Shown piece after piece: positions 30,470 through 39,392 of a DNA stretch of 64,000 nt (positions are counted from its first letter, which is position 1; every line of letters starts with the position of its first letter). This stretch comes from an uncultured bacterium (GTDB lineage Bacteria > Fermentibacterota > Fermentibacteria > Fermentibacterales > JCC-6). The notes under the pieces are model-generated. The model ran no database searches. It saw only the letters and a list, made by a program, of their open reading frames with translations, and was not told the origin of the DNA. Made by a program: the position numbers and the translations under genes. The stretch spans positions 100,861 through 164,860 of the forward strand of contig CAYREX010000001.1 in assembly GCA_964423505.1 (NCBI GenBank), read 5' to 3'.

Positions 30470-30600
30470 CATCATTGACAATCGTATAGAATTGCGTATC
30501 TCATATTAGAGGATATATGACATCTTGAATATTGCATGTACAGAAACGGGATAGTTTGTATATTGATTTAATAGTAATTATTTCAACATTAGAGCGCCGG
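30470..30600. promoter_or_regulatory. AT-rich divergent promoter island
   Basis: About 130 bp of roughly 25% GC (ttgacaatcgtatagaattgcgtatctcatattagaggatatatgac...gtttgtatattgatttaatagtaattatttcaac); candidate -35 TTGTAT, 17 bp, -10 TATTTC upstream of 30699. Confidence 0.45.
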
Positions 30601-30698
30601 GGCGTACGGCGACGAAGGTGGAAGATGACCGCAACATGGATTCCCTTCGGTGCATGGGGCATCGGCACCTGCACCGGGGGAGCGACAGGAGGTGAGAG

Positions 30699-31160
30699 AT
30701 GAGGCTTGGCAGCTCGGCATTCGAGGGGGGCGGCACGATCCCGGAGAGACACGGATACTACGGGGACAACGTGAGCCCTCCGCTGGAGATCGGCGATGTC
30801 CCGCCAGATGCGGAGTCGCTGGCCCTGGTGGTCGACGACCCGGACGCGGTGGAGCCGGCGGGCAAGGTCTGGGACCACTGGGTGATGTGGGGGATACCCC
30901 CGGCAACGGAGCGCATCGAAGAGGGGGGTCCGGTATCCGGTGCCATCGAGGGCGTCAACGACTTCGGGGAGAATGGCTACGGCGGTCCTGCGCCGCCCGA
31001 CGGTGAGCACACCTACAGGTTCAGGCTCTACGCGCTGGACACCGGTCTTGACCTGCCTCCCTCCGCCGGGAAGGCCGAGCTGGAGGACGCGATGGAGGAC
31101 CACGTGCTGGAGAGCGTCGAGCTCACCGGCAGGTTCGCCCCCGGGGGCGGCCGCTCGTGA
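30699..31160 (+). CDS. YbhB/YbcL family PEBP (Raf-kinase-inhibitor-like) protein
   Basis: Conserved HTYRFRLYALD and WDHWVMWGIPP segments. Confidence 0.8.
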   Translation: MRLGSSAFEGGGTIPERHGYYGDNVSPPLEIGDVPPDAESLALVVDDPDAVEPAGKVWDHWVMWGIPPATERIEEGGPVSGAIEGVNDFGENGYGGPAPPDGEHTYRFRLYALDTGLDLPPSAGKAELEDAMEDHVLESVELTGRFAPGGGRS

Positions 31161-31230
31161 GAGTGGTCGGCGTATCCGGACCCTCGACGCAGATGGAAGC
31201 AACCGACGAAACGGGAACGAAAGGCAGGAT

Positions 31231-31584
31231 ATGGCGCAGTATCACGAGCCGGTAGAGGAGCTCTCCCCGGAAGACCGGGACGTCGTCAGGGCTCTCACGA
31301 GCCTGAAGGAGGAGATAGAGGCCATAGACTGGTACCACCAGAGGGTGGCGACCGCCTCCGACGGGGAGCTGCGGGACATCCTGGCCCACAACAGGGACGA
31401 GGAGATAGAGCACGCCTGCATGGCCCTCGAGTGGCTCAGGCGAATGTCCCCCGCCTGGGACGGGAACCTCAGGACCTACCTCTTCACCGAGGGAGCCGTG
31501 ACGGCCCTCGAGGAGGGGGAGGAAGAGGGAGACGGAAGCGAAGACAACTCGGCTGCCGGCCTGGGCGTCGGCAGCCTCAGATGA
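31231..31584 (+). CDS. Encapsulated ferritin-like protein (EncFtn/Flp) cargo with C-terminal encapsulin targeting peptide
   Basis: EEIEAIDWYHQRV...ILAHNRDEEIEHACMALEWLRR matches EncFtn metal-ligand helices; C-terminal AAGLGVGSLR matches the family-1 cargo-loading motif LGIGSL[KR]; stop 20 nt before shell gene. Confidence 0.85.
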   Translation: MAQYHEPVEELSPEDRDVVRALTSLKEEIEAIDWYHQRVATASDGELRDILAHNRDEEIEHACMALEWLRRMSPAWDGNLRTYLFTEGAVTALEEGEEEGDGSEDNSAAGLGVGSLR

Positions 31585-31604
31585 TCGATGGGAGAGCGCA
31601 CGCG

Positions 31605-32396
31605 ATGGACATCCTGAAGAGAGAGCTGGCACCGATAACCGAGAAGGCCTGGGAAGAGATAGACGAGCAGGCGCGCCTGGTCCTCCGCAATCACCTGACG
31701 GCGAGGTGGTTCGTGGACGTGGTCGGACCGCTTGGCAGGGAGAAGGCCTCCGTCAACGACGGCAGGCTGGATATCGTGAGGGATACGACCGAGGGAGTCG
31801 GCTACGGCCTGCGCAAGGCGAAGCCGCTGGTGGAGACCAGGGTCCCCTTCCAGCTGAGCATCATGGAGATGGACAACATCTCCCGCGGCGCAGCCGATGC
31901 CGACCTCTCCCCGCTGGAGGAGGCCATGGCCAGGGCGGCCGGCTTCGAGGACAGCGCCGTCTACTACGGCCTGGAGAAGGCCGGGATAGAGGGCCTCGCG
32001 GACTCCGCGGGGACCAGGCTGCCCGCGCCCGAGGAGGCGAAGGACCTGAGGAGCTCCGTGGCCGAGGGTATCGCTGTCCTGCTCGACTCGTCGATAGAGG
32101 GCCCCTACACGCTCATGGTGGACAGGGAGCTCTGGATGGGCCTCAACAGCATAGACCACGGCTATCCGCTGCTGCGCAAGCTGCGGGAGCAGCTGAGCGG
32201 CCCGCTCTACTACAGCCCGACCCTCGAGAGCTCGTTCCTCGTCTCGGCCAGGGGCGGTGACATGGAGCTCATCCTCGGCCACGACTTCTCCATCGGCTAC
32301 GGGGGCAGCTCAGGAGACGTGCTGGAGCTCTACGCCACCGAGTCCTTCAGCTTCAGGGTGCTGGAGCCGGCGGCAGTGGTAGCCATTGGCGGCTGA
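31605..32396 (+). CDS. Family 1 encapsulin shell protein (HK97 fold)
   Basis: MDILKRELAPITEKAWEEIDEQARLVLRNHLTARWFVDVVGPLG aligns nearly residue-by-residue with the T. maritima encapsulin N-terminus; GPYTLMVDRELW, RGGDMELILGHDFSIGY also conserved. Confidence 0.9.
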   Translation: MDILKRELAPITEKAWEEIDEQARLVLRNHLTARWFVDVVGPLGREKASVNDGRLDIVRDTTEGVGYGLRKAKPLVETRVPFQLSIMEMDNISRGAADADLSPLEEAMARAAGFEDSAVYYGLEKAGIEGLADSAGTRLPAPEEAKDLRSSVAEGIAVLLDSSIEGPYTLMVDRELWMGLNSIDHGYPLLRKLREQLSGPLYYSPTLESSFLVSARGGDMELILGHDFSIGYGGSSGDVLELYATESFSFRVLEPAAVVAIGG

Positions 32397-32445
32397 CCGG
32401 CGTTGACGGAGCGCCGCCTCCCGGGGCGGCCCGGAGGCGACCCTC

Positions 32446-33273
32446 CTAACGGGAGCCCTCCGGGCGCCCCGCGGCTCCCTCTGCCCGATCCGACCGGAGC
32501 AGGCTCCGCAGCACCGAGAGCAGCGCTGCAATCGTCACTGCCATGCATGCTACCGTGGTGTAGACTACGGCCGGATACTCACCGCCGAGACCCCGCTCGG
32601 ATACGTGCCGAAGCAGTATCCCGCCGTACGCCCAGAGGGCGACCAGCCCCCACGCCGGGTCCCTCAGGCGCCAGACGGACATGACTGTGATCGCCACGCC
32701 GACCAGCAGGACGGCCACCGTCCAGAAGGCCTGGGAGAGTCTGAGCCCGCCCCATCCGAGCCCGACCAGCATGACGGTCGCGTTGGCGATTGTCGCGACG
32801 GTGATCCAGCCGAGGTAGACCCCGAAGGGAATCGCGACAAGGAGCGTCTCAGGCGCCGGCAGGGGCAGCCTGCCGACCGTGAGCCGGATGAAGAGGAGGC
32901 TCAGGAGCAGTACCGCCATCAGCACCATGGTGACCGGTATCAGCATGTGGTGCCAGGCGATGATCCAGGCGGCGTTCGCGACGCAGGACACCGCGAACAG
33001 CATCCTTATCCGCCGCCTCGACCGGGGAGAGAGACGCTCGCTCCTCCGCCATGACGGCGTGAGCTGGTAGACGACGAAGCCGGCCAGGAGCAGGTATATG
33101 AGACCCCAAACGGAGAAGGTCACCGGCGCCGGGGCGAACAGGTTGGAGTAGGCGTCGGACACCTCACCCGTGGTCATCCCCCCTATGGGCAGCGCGTTCG
33201 CCAGGACGTTCACGGCCACCATGAGCAGGTAGGCCGCGACCACCACAGCACCCGGAATCCTCTCGTCATCCAC
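32446..33273 (-). CDS. Trp-rich polytopic membrane protein, TspO/MBR-like (tentative)
   Basis: LFAPAPVTFSVWGLIYLLLAGF and multiple W-containing TM helices; longer than canonical TspO. Confidence 0.4.
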   Translation of the reverse strand: MDDERIPGAVVVAAYLLMVAVNVLANALPIGGMTTGEVSDAYSNLFAPAPVTFSVWGLIYLLLAGFVVYQLTPSWRRSERLSPRSRRRIRMLFAVSCVANAAWIIAWHHMLIPVTMVLMAVLLLSLLFIRLTVGRLPLPAPETLLVAIPFGVYLGWITVATIANATVMLVGLGWGGLRLSQAFWTVAVLLVGVAITVMSVWRLRDPAWGLVALWAYGGILLRHVSERGLGGEYPAVVYTTVACMAVTIAALLSVLRSLLRSDRAEGAAGRPEGSR

Positions 33274-33294
33274 GGTTCGACTTCCTCTCGGTTC

Positions 33295-34470
33295 TCATGG
33301 AATGCTCGGCTCGGCCTCCGTCGGCGCCGATTGCCCCAGCCTCGCCTTGCGGAGCAGGAGAGCGGGCAGCAGGAGCACGTCAGCGACCAGAAGCAGGGCG
33401 GCCCCGTTGTAGGGTCCGTAGCCGCCTGCCGCATTCAGCATCGGTACGGTCCCGAGTATCATGGAGAGGACAACCGCCGTCGTAACGGCCGCCCGCGCCG
33501 GGTTGCCGCGCGAAGTCCGGCGCAGCCGCACGAGCGCCGTCACCTGGCAGTAGGGCAGGTAGACGAAGTAGTGCGGCCAGCTCGTCTTGAGGATGAAGGG
33601 CAGACAGAGCAGGCCGCAGCAGAGGAACAGCTCGGTGTCCTCTCCCCCCTCCTCGCGTCCTCTCATGAACAGCTCCCTGATGACCAGCACCGGGACGACC
33701 GCGCTTGCGGCGCACAGCATCACATGCGGGAGCCCCTCCCCCAGGGCGGGCCAGAGCCGCCCGAGCACGTTGGGCGCATATAGCGAGTTCACGCTCCGGG
33801 CCACCCAGGGGGCGACGACGATGCTCCCGGCGGAGCTCCGCTCGAACTCCCACAGCCCGGCCGGGGAGAGGACCAGCGCCGGCAGCAGCAGCATGGACGC
33901 GGCGGCGACGGCGAAGACGGCCAGGGTCCTCCGGTCCCTGCGGTAGAGATAGTAGACGGCGAAGAGGGCGGGGTAGAACTTGACCGCCGCCGCCAGCGCG
34001 AGGAGAAGCGCCGAGGCCAGGGGCCTCCTGTCGTAGATGAGCAGCGAGGCGATTACGAGAACGGTCACCGGCGTGCTCACCTGCCCCCATCTGAAGTTGT
34101 GCAGGACCGGCACCGATGTGATCACAAGCAGGTAGTAGAGCAGACCAAGCAGCCGGGAGCGCCTGCCCAGCCTGCGCATCGGGACTGCGACCAGCAGCGC
34201 CACGAAGAGCATCTGCAGTGCACCCCACGCGAACGCGGCATCCGTCCGCGGGAGAAGTCCGAGCGGGGATATGAGCAGGGCGAAGAAGGCGGAGTACATG
34301 TACCAGGTGGATGGCTCTCCGGTCGTCAGGACAGCCGATGCCGTCGGGTACATGTGACGGTTGAAGTCCTCCATCATGAGGCTCCCCTCGTCCATGGCGG
34401 CGGTGAAGCTCCCGGAGTCGGGCCAGACGAGCATGTAGTAGAGGGCGACGAGAACGGTGAGCAGCACGGC
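33295..34470 (-). CDS. Integral membrane glycosyltransferase-like protein (DUF2029/GT87-like, tentative); start uncertain
   Basis: More than 10 TM helices; AGGAGG SD near 34495 but no well-placed start; the ORF-track 5' region overlaps the upstream gene and is rejected. Confidence 0.45.
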   Translation of the reverse strand, partial: AVLLTVLVALYYMLVWPDSGSFTAAMDEGSLMMEDFNRHMYPTASAVLTTGEPSTWYMYSAFFALLISPLGLLPRTDAAFAWGALQMLFVALLVAVPMRRLGRRSRLLGLLYYLLVITSVPVLHNFRWGQVSTPVTVLVIASLLIYDRRPLASALLLALAAAVKFYPALFAVYYLYRRDRRTLAVFAVAAASMLLLPALVLSPAGLWEFERSSAGSIVVAPWVARSVNSLYAPNVLGRLWPALGEGLPHVMLCAASAVVPVLVIRELFMRGREEGGEDTELFLCCGLLCLPFILKTSWPHYFVYLPYCQVTALVRLRRTSRGNPARAAVTTAVVLSMILGTVPMLNAAGGYGPYNGAALLLVADVLLLPALLLRKARLGQSAPTEAEPSIP

Positions 34471-34511
34471 GGCGATGGGGACGGAGCACCTCCTGATGGC
34501 TCCGGGAGATA

Positions 34512-35120
34512 TCAGAACGCCCCCTTCAGGCCTCCCCACGTGCTCTGGTCGAGCGGAGCCCCCGAGTAGGACATGACAAGCTGGGGACGCATGTCCGGGT
34601 GCGTCGGCGTGTCGCTGGACCATGCGGTGAACCAGTTCGTGATACCGGTGTCGAAGAGGCAGAAGCCGTGCTGGTCCAGGGTCCCGTCCAGCCAGGCCTG
34701 TACGATGTCGGTCACGTCGTAGTTCACCCATCCTGTCCCGACCGGGTAGTCGACGTCCCTCTCCCAGACCAGTGCGGGCATGTTGTCCCAGTCTATGATG
34801 CCCTCGTCCCAGAAGGTCGTGCAGGCCCCCAGCCTGAGGGTCCCGCCTGCGCCGTGGCCTATGACCCCCAGGGCGAGGTATGCGGAGTGGACGGTGGCGT
34901 TCTCGTAGTGGGGATCGTCCAGCTCCACGAACTCGATGAAGACTGCATGCTGCCCGCCGGCGAAGAAGCCGCAGGCGAGGGTGTCGGAGTCGCCCGTGTT
35001 CAGGCCTGGCAGCGCCTCGGAGGTGTAGGCGTCCTTGCCCAGCTCTCCGTCTGGCTGGAAGACGGCAACGTCCGCGTTTGCAAGGAACGCCAGAAGCACA
35101 AGGGCTGCCGTCGCTCTCAT
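34512..35120 (-). CDS. Secreted hypothetical protein, member C of the C-terminal TWxxIKxxF family
   Basis: ATG at 35120 with AAGGAAG SD; signal MRATAALVLLAFLANA; DNRLRE-like IDWDNMP segment; ends ...VMSYSGAPLDQSTWGGLKGAF-COOH. Confidence 0.6.
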   Translation of the reverse strand: MRATAALVLLAFLANADVAVFQPDGELGKDAYTSEALPGLNTGDSDTLACGFFAGGQHAVFIEFVELDDPHYENATVHSAYLALGVIGHGAGGTLRLGACTTFWDEGIIDWDNMPALVWERDVDYPVGTGWVNYDVTDIVQAWLDGTLDQHGFCLFDTGITNWFTAWSSDTPTHPDMRPQLVMSYSGAPLDQSTWGGLKGAF

Positions 35121-35316
35121 CGTGTTCACTTCCTTTCGGCTTTCATCCGCTGTTCCAGTCGCCGATGGGCTGCGGTGCAAGCATAGGCCGGTGACGCCGA
35201 CACGGTCAACAACGCTCCGGCTTCTCCCGGGACCGGGGACAGGTTGATTCGGTCGCTGCGGGGGCATAGGATAGCGGACCGGCCCGATGACGGGCGAACC
35301 GGAAAGAGGTACACAG

Positions 35317-36465
35317 GTGACCAGGCTGACTGCATGTATGGTGACGGCGGCGCTTCTCTCGGGGGTCGGCGGCTGCGGGGGCGGCCCCGGGTCCGGGGCT
35401 GCCGGAAGCTCCCCGGAGGAGGGGCAGGTGACCGTTACCGACGCCACCGGCAGGGAGGTCACGGTGCCGGAGGACCCGGAGCGGGTCATCTGCTCCGGGC
35501 CCGGATGCCTCAGGCTCCTCACGTATCTGCAGGCCGAGGAGAGGGCTGTCGCCGTGGACGACATGGAGGGGCGACGCCCCGCCTTCGACGCCAGACCCTA
35601 CGCCATGGCCAACCCCTCCCTCGCCGGGCTGCCGGTCTTCGGCGAGTTCAGGGGACAGGACAACCCGGAGCTGATCCTCTCCCTCGACCCGCAGCCCCAG
35701 CTCGTCTTCAGGACCTACCCGCTGATGGGCGCCGACCCGCTGGAGACCGAATCCCGAACGGGCATCCCCGTCGTGGTTGTCGGCTACGGCAGGCTCTGGC
35801 CGGACCGGACGGAGCTCTACACGGCGCTCCGGACGATGGGCGGCATCCTGGACAGGGGTGAAAGGGCCGAGGAGGTCATCGCATACATCGACTCCCTCGT
35901 CGCGGACCTGCAGACCCGCACGGCCGGCCTCGGCCGGGGGGCGTCCCCGAGCTGCTACGTCGGGGGCATAGCCTATCGGGGACCTCACGGCCTCCAGTCC
36001 ACGGAGCCGGCCTATCCGCCGCTCATGCTCCTCGGCGCGGGGAGCGCCGCGCTCCCGGAGGACTGGGATCAGGAGCCGCCGGAGCATGCCGACGTCGCCA
36101 GGGAGCAGATAGTCGCCTGGGACCCGGACATCATCTTCGTCGACGCCTCGACAATGCAGTCCGACCCGCAGGCGAGCGCCCTCTACCAGCTCTCCACCGA
36201 CCCGGCATACTCGACACTCTCCGCCGTCCGGAGCGGCGAGGTCTACTGCCTCCCCCCCTACAACTGGTACACGAAGAACTTCGGGTCGGTCCTGGCGAAC
36301 GCCTACTTCCTCGGGAAGGTGCTGTATCCGGAGAGGTTCGAGGACATCGAGCCGCGGGAGGTCGCCGACTCCATCTACGCCTTCCTGGTTGGCGAGCCGG
36401 TCTTCGACGAGCTGGACGAGGCGTTCGGCGGCATGCTCTTCGACCGGGTGGAGCTGGACATCTGA
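35317..36465 (+). CDS. ABC transporter substrate-binding lipoprotein, iron-siderophore/cobalamin (FecB/BtuF, class III) type
   Basis: GTG start after AAAGAGG; lipoprotein signal ...AALLSGVGGC; two-lobed class III PBP pattern. Confidence 0.7.
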   Translation: MTRLTACMVTAALLSGVGGCGGGPGSGAAGSSPEEGQVTVTDATGREVTVPEDPERVICSGPGCLRLLTYLQAEERAVAVDDMEGRRPAFDARPYAMANPSLAGLPVFGEFRGQDNPELILSLDPQPQLVFRTYPLMGADPLETESRTGIPVVVVGYGRLWPDRTELYTALRTMGGILDRGERAEEVIAYIDSLVADLQTRTAGLGRGASPSCYVGGIAYRGPHGLQSTEPAYPPLMLLGAGSAALPEDWDQEPPEHADVAREQIVAWDPDIIFVDASTMQSDPQASALYQLSTDPAYSTLSAVRSGEVYCLPPYNWYTKNFGSVLANAYFLGKVLYPERFEDIEPREVADSIYAFLVGEPVFDELDEAFGGMLFDRVELDI

Positions 36466-36483
36466 CCGGGGGGAGCGCGGCGC

Positions 36484-37551
36484 TTGCATCTGGATGACGG
36501 CAGGGTGCCGGAGGAGTACCGCAGGTACACCTCCCGGAAGACGCTGGTCATCATCCTGGGCCTCGTCCTGCTCGGTCTGCTGCTGCTGGTCTCCATCTCC
36601 CTCGGCTCCGTGCGTCTGCCCCTCGAGAAGGTCATCGGAGCCCTGCTGAAAGGTGCGGGCGACCACCGTACCAGGATGATAGTGGCCGGCATTAGGCTCC
36701 CGCAGGCGCTCGCCGCCCTGACCGCGGGTGCCGGTCTCTCCGTCTCCGGCGTTGCCATGCAGTCGGTCCTGAGGAACCCCCTCGGCTCTCCGTTCACCCT
36801 GGGGATATCCAGCGCGGCCGCCTTCGGGGCGGCTCTGGCGGTCATGGTACTGGGCTCCGGGACCATGCACAGCACCGGCGCCGACGCCCTCTCAATCACG
36901 AACCCGTACACCACGACCGCGGCAGCCTTCCTGTCGTGCATGGCTGCAGCGCTGGTCATCCTGACAGTCTCCAGGACCGGCAGGGCCTCGCCGGAGGTGA
37001 TAGTGCTGACGGGCGTGGCCCTGGGCTCCCTCTTCTCCGCCGGCACAATGCTCCTGCAGTACTTCGCCGACGATGTCCAGCTCTCGGCCATCGTCTTCTG
37101 GACCTTCGGAGACCTGGGCAGGGCCAGCTGGAGGGAGCTGGCCGCAATGTCGGCGGTGACCGCGCTTGCCTCGGCATACTTCCTTTGCAGGACCTGGACC
37201 TACAACGCCATGGACGCAGGTGACGAGGCGGCGGAGAGCCTCGGCGTAAACGTGGAGAGGACCAGGCTGGCGGGCATGCTGGTGGCCTCGCTGGTGACCG
37301 CCACCATCATCTCCTTCGTCGGCATCATCGGTTTCGTCGGCCTGGTCGGCCCGCACATGGTCAGGCGACTGCTCGGCGACGACCACCGCTTCCTCCTGCC
37401 GGGCTCCATGCTGGCCGGCGGCATCCTGCTCCTTGCGGCGGACACGGTCGCCCGGGTCGTCCTCGCGCCGAGGGTACTCCCGGTGGCGATACTGACCGCC
37501 TTCGTCGGCGCCCCGGCCTTCGTCTTCCTGCTCGTCCGGAGGAGGCGGTGA
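36484..37551 (+). CDS. FecCD-family ABC permease (iron chelate/B12 uptake)
   Basis: Ten TM helices; conserved GLSVSGVAMQSVLRNPLGSPFTLGISSAAAFGAAL region. Confidence 0.8.
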   Translation: MHLDDGRVPEEYRRYTSRKTLVIILGLVLLGLLLLVSISLGSVRLPLEKVIGALLKGAGDHRTRMIVAGIRLPQALAALTAGAGLSVSGVAMQSVLRNPLGSPFTLGISSAAAFGAALAVMVLGSGTMHSTGADALSITNPYTTTAAAFLSCMAAALVILTVSRTGRASPEVIVLTGVALGSLFSAGTMLLQYFADDVQLSAIVFWTFGDLGRASWRELAAMSAVTALASAYFLCRTWTYNAMDAGDEAAESLGVNVERTRLAGMLVASLVTATIISFVGIIGFVGLVGPHMVRRLLGDDHRFLLPGSMLAGGILLLAADTVARVVLAPRVLPVAILTAFVGAPAFVFLLVRRRR

Positions 37552-38315
37552 TGGTCCGGGCGGAGGGGCTTCGGTTCTCCTACGGGGACAGGGAGGTCCT
37601 CAGGGACGTATCGCTCCGTGCGGAGGAGCACGAGGTTGTGGCCGTCATGGGCCCCAACGGCTCCGGCAAGACCACGCTCCTGCGCTGTCTGGACGGACTG
37701 CTGAAGCCGAAGAGTGGCATGGTGACGCTTCTGGGAAGGGACCTGCGCCGCTACTCGCGGAGGGAGAGGGCCAGGAGGATGGCCTACGTACCCCAGAGGG
37801 GTGAGCCGGGCAGGCTGACGGCCTTCGACGCCGTACTGCTGGGGCGGAGGCCGCACATGGGCTTCCGGGTATCACGGCGGGACCTCTCGCTCGTCGACGC
37901 AGCCCTCCGGAGCCTCGGCATCAGGCATCTCGCGATGCGGCCGACCACGAGGATGAGCGGCGGCGAGCTGCAGAAGGTCGGCATAGCCCGGGCGCTGGTC
38001 GGTCAGCCCGGGGTGATGCTCCTGGACGAGCCGACTGCCTCCCTGGACCTCCGGAGCCAGCTCTCCATAACACGGCTCATCAGGACCATCGTCAGGGGAC
38101 ACCCGATGTGCGCCGTCATGACGATGCACGACCTGAACACGGCACTCAGGTACGCGGACCGGTTCGTTTTCCTGCGCGGCGGTGAGGTCCACGCCTCGGT
38201 GGACGCGGACGGGGTCACCCCCGCGATCGTGGAGGAGGTCTACGGGGTGCCGGTCAAAGTAGGGAGGCACGAGGGACGGCCGTTCGTCGTTCCGCTCGAG
38301 CCGGAAGCGGACTAG
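37548..38315 (+). CDS. ABC transporter ATP-binding protein (FecE/BtuD type)
   Basis: Walker A GPNGSGKTT, signature LSGGELQ, Walker B MLLDEPT; ATGA overlap with permease. Confidence 0.85.
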   Translation: MMVRAEGLRFSYGDREVLRDVSLRAEEHEVVAVMGPNGSGKTTLLRCLDGLLKPKSGMVTLLGRDLRRYSRRERARRMAYVPQRGEPGRLTAFDAVLLGRRPHMGFRVSRRDLSLVDAALRSLGIRHLAMRPTTRMSGGELQKVGIARALVGQPGVMLLDEPTASLDLRSQLSITRLIRTIVRGHPMCAVMTMHDLNTALRYADRFVFLRGGEVHASVDADGVTPAIVEEVYGVPVKVGRHEGRPFVVPLEPEAD

Positions 38316-38644
38316 GGGCCGTGGGGGAGCTCGATTATCTCGCCGTCCATGTAGTGGTAGATGCCGACCCCGCCGCCGAGCGTCGGTACCCTCCGGAGGA
38401 AGGAGTAGTGCCAGGCGGTGCCGGGCCTGGGATGTCCCTCGACGTGCTGCAGGGTGATGCCGGACAGGTAGAGCCCGGAATAGTCCAGCTCGCAATCACC
38501 CTCCAGGTACTCCCGGACGGTCTCCACCGACTCGAAGAGCGGAATGGAGGGGGTCCATTCCCCGGCCTCACCGTCATCCGCGGGCAAGGCTGCCGGACAC
38601 GCGAGCGCCAGGGCCAGGAACAACCGGGCGACACTCCACTCCAT
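38312..38644 (-). CDS. Small secreted hypothetical protein (110 aa)
   Basis: Signal MEWSVARLFLALALACPAALPA; convergent and overlapping the ABC ATPase stop by 4 nt. Confidence 0.4.
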   Translation of the reverse strand: MEWSVARLFLALALACPAALPADDGEAGEWTPSIPLFESVETVREYLEGDCELDYSGLYLSGITLQHVEGHPRPGTAWHYSFLRRVPTLGGGVGIYHYMDGEIIELPHGP

Positions 38645-38842
38645 GGTGCGTGGACCTCCCTTCGTCCCCGGGCACTGGGCTCCGCCCGACCGCCGTACCG
38701 TATACCGCCGAGGGCCCCCTCTCATTCCCCGGCCCGGGGATGCCTGTAAGCAGCCGGATGCACCGGGGTCCTCTGCTGCTATATTAGCTCTCCCGGGCGA
38801 GGGATGCCAGCGGAGCCCCGCACCGACGGAGCCGCACCAAGC

Positions 38843-39265
38843 ATGAACGGAGGACGCATGCCGGGCGTGGTCGCCATGCCGCCACGGCTCAGCCATGTGC
38901 TGCTGGTGGACGACAACGACAGGTACGCCGAGGCCATCGAGGGACACCTCCGGCGCAGGGGCACCGTCGTGGAGCGGGTCAGGAGCGCCGAGGAGGGCCT
39001 CGCCATCCTCAGGGAGAAGGCGGCGGACTTCGACGGCGTCATAACCGACATCACCATGGAGACCCAGATATCCGGCCTCCGAATACTCTCCCGGGCGAGG
39101 AGGCTGGGCTTCAGGGGAGTCCTGGTGACCGCTTCCACCGGCCTCGACTCACGCCTGGGCTACCTTCTCAACCGGTTCATCCTCGGTACCATCTACGGTT
39201 GCGACTACCTCATCCCGAAGAGGCACATCAAGTCGCGGGGAAGGGTGGCCTGGATACGGTCCTGA
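38843..39265 (+). CDS. Single-domain response regulator (CheY-like receiver)
   Basis: LLVDDND acidic pocket, phospho-acceptor VITDITME, conserved T and K positions (VLVTAS...); no output domain. Confidence 0.65.
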   Translation: MNGGRMPGVVAMPPRLSHVLLVDDNDRYAEAIEGHLRRRGTVVERVRSAEEGLAILREKAADFDGVITDITMETQISGLRILSRARRLGFRGVLVTASTGLDSRLGYLLNRFILGTIYGCDYLIPKRHIKSRGRVAWIRS

Positions 39266-39392
39266 TTGCCTGGAACCACTCCTTGACCCGCATGTATGTC
39301 CGACTTATCGTGAGAATTCAGTGATCAGCCCGGAATGGCAGCCGGGCGCCATGCCCTCCGGGCGTACACCCGGAGATATCGGGAGGGAAGAG

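Noticed and set aside
31123-31632. Minus-strand ORF overlapping the EncFtn gene
   Set aside because: It is antisense to a gene with a specific targeting peptide and ferritin motifs.
35180-35316. Cobalamin riboswitch upstream of the FecB/BtuF-like binding protein gene
   Set aside because: There is no B12-box (GCCACTG-like) and no conserved GGTG...AAGGGAA arrangement. The region is only GC-rich leader sequence.
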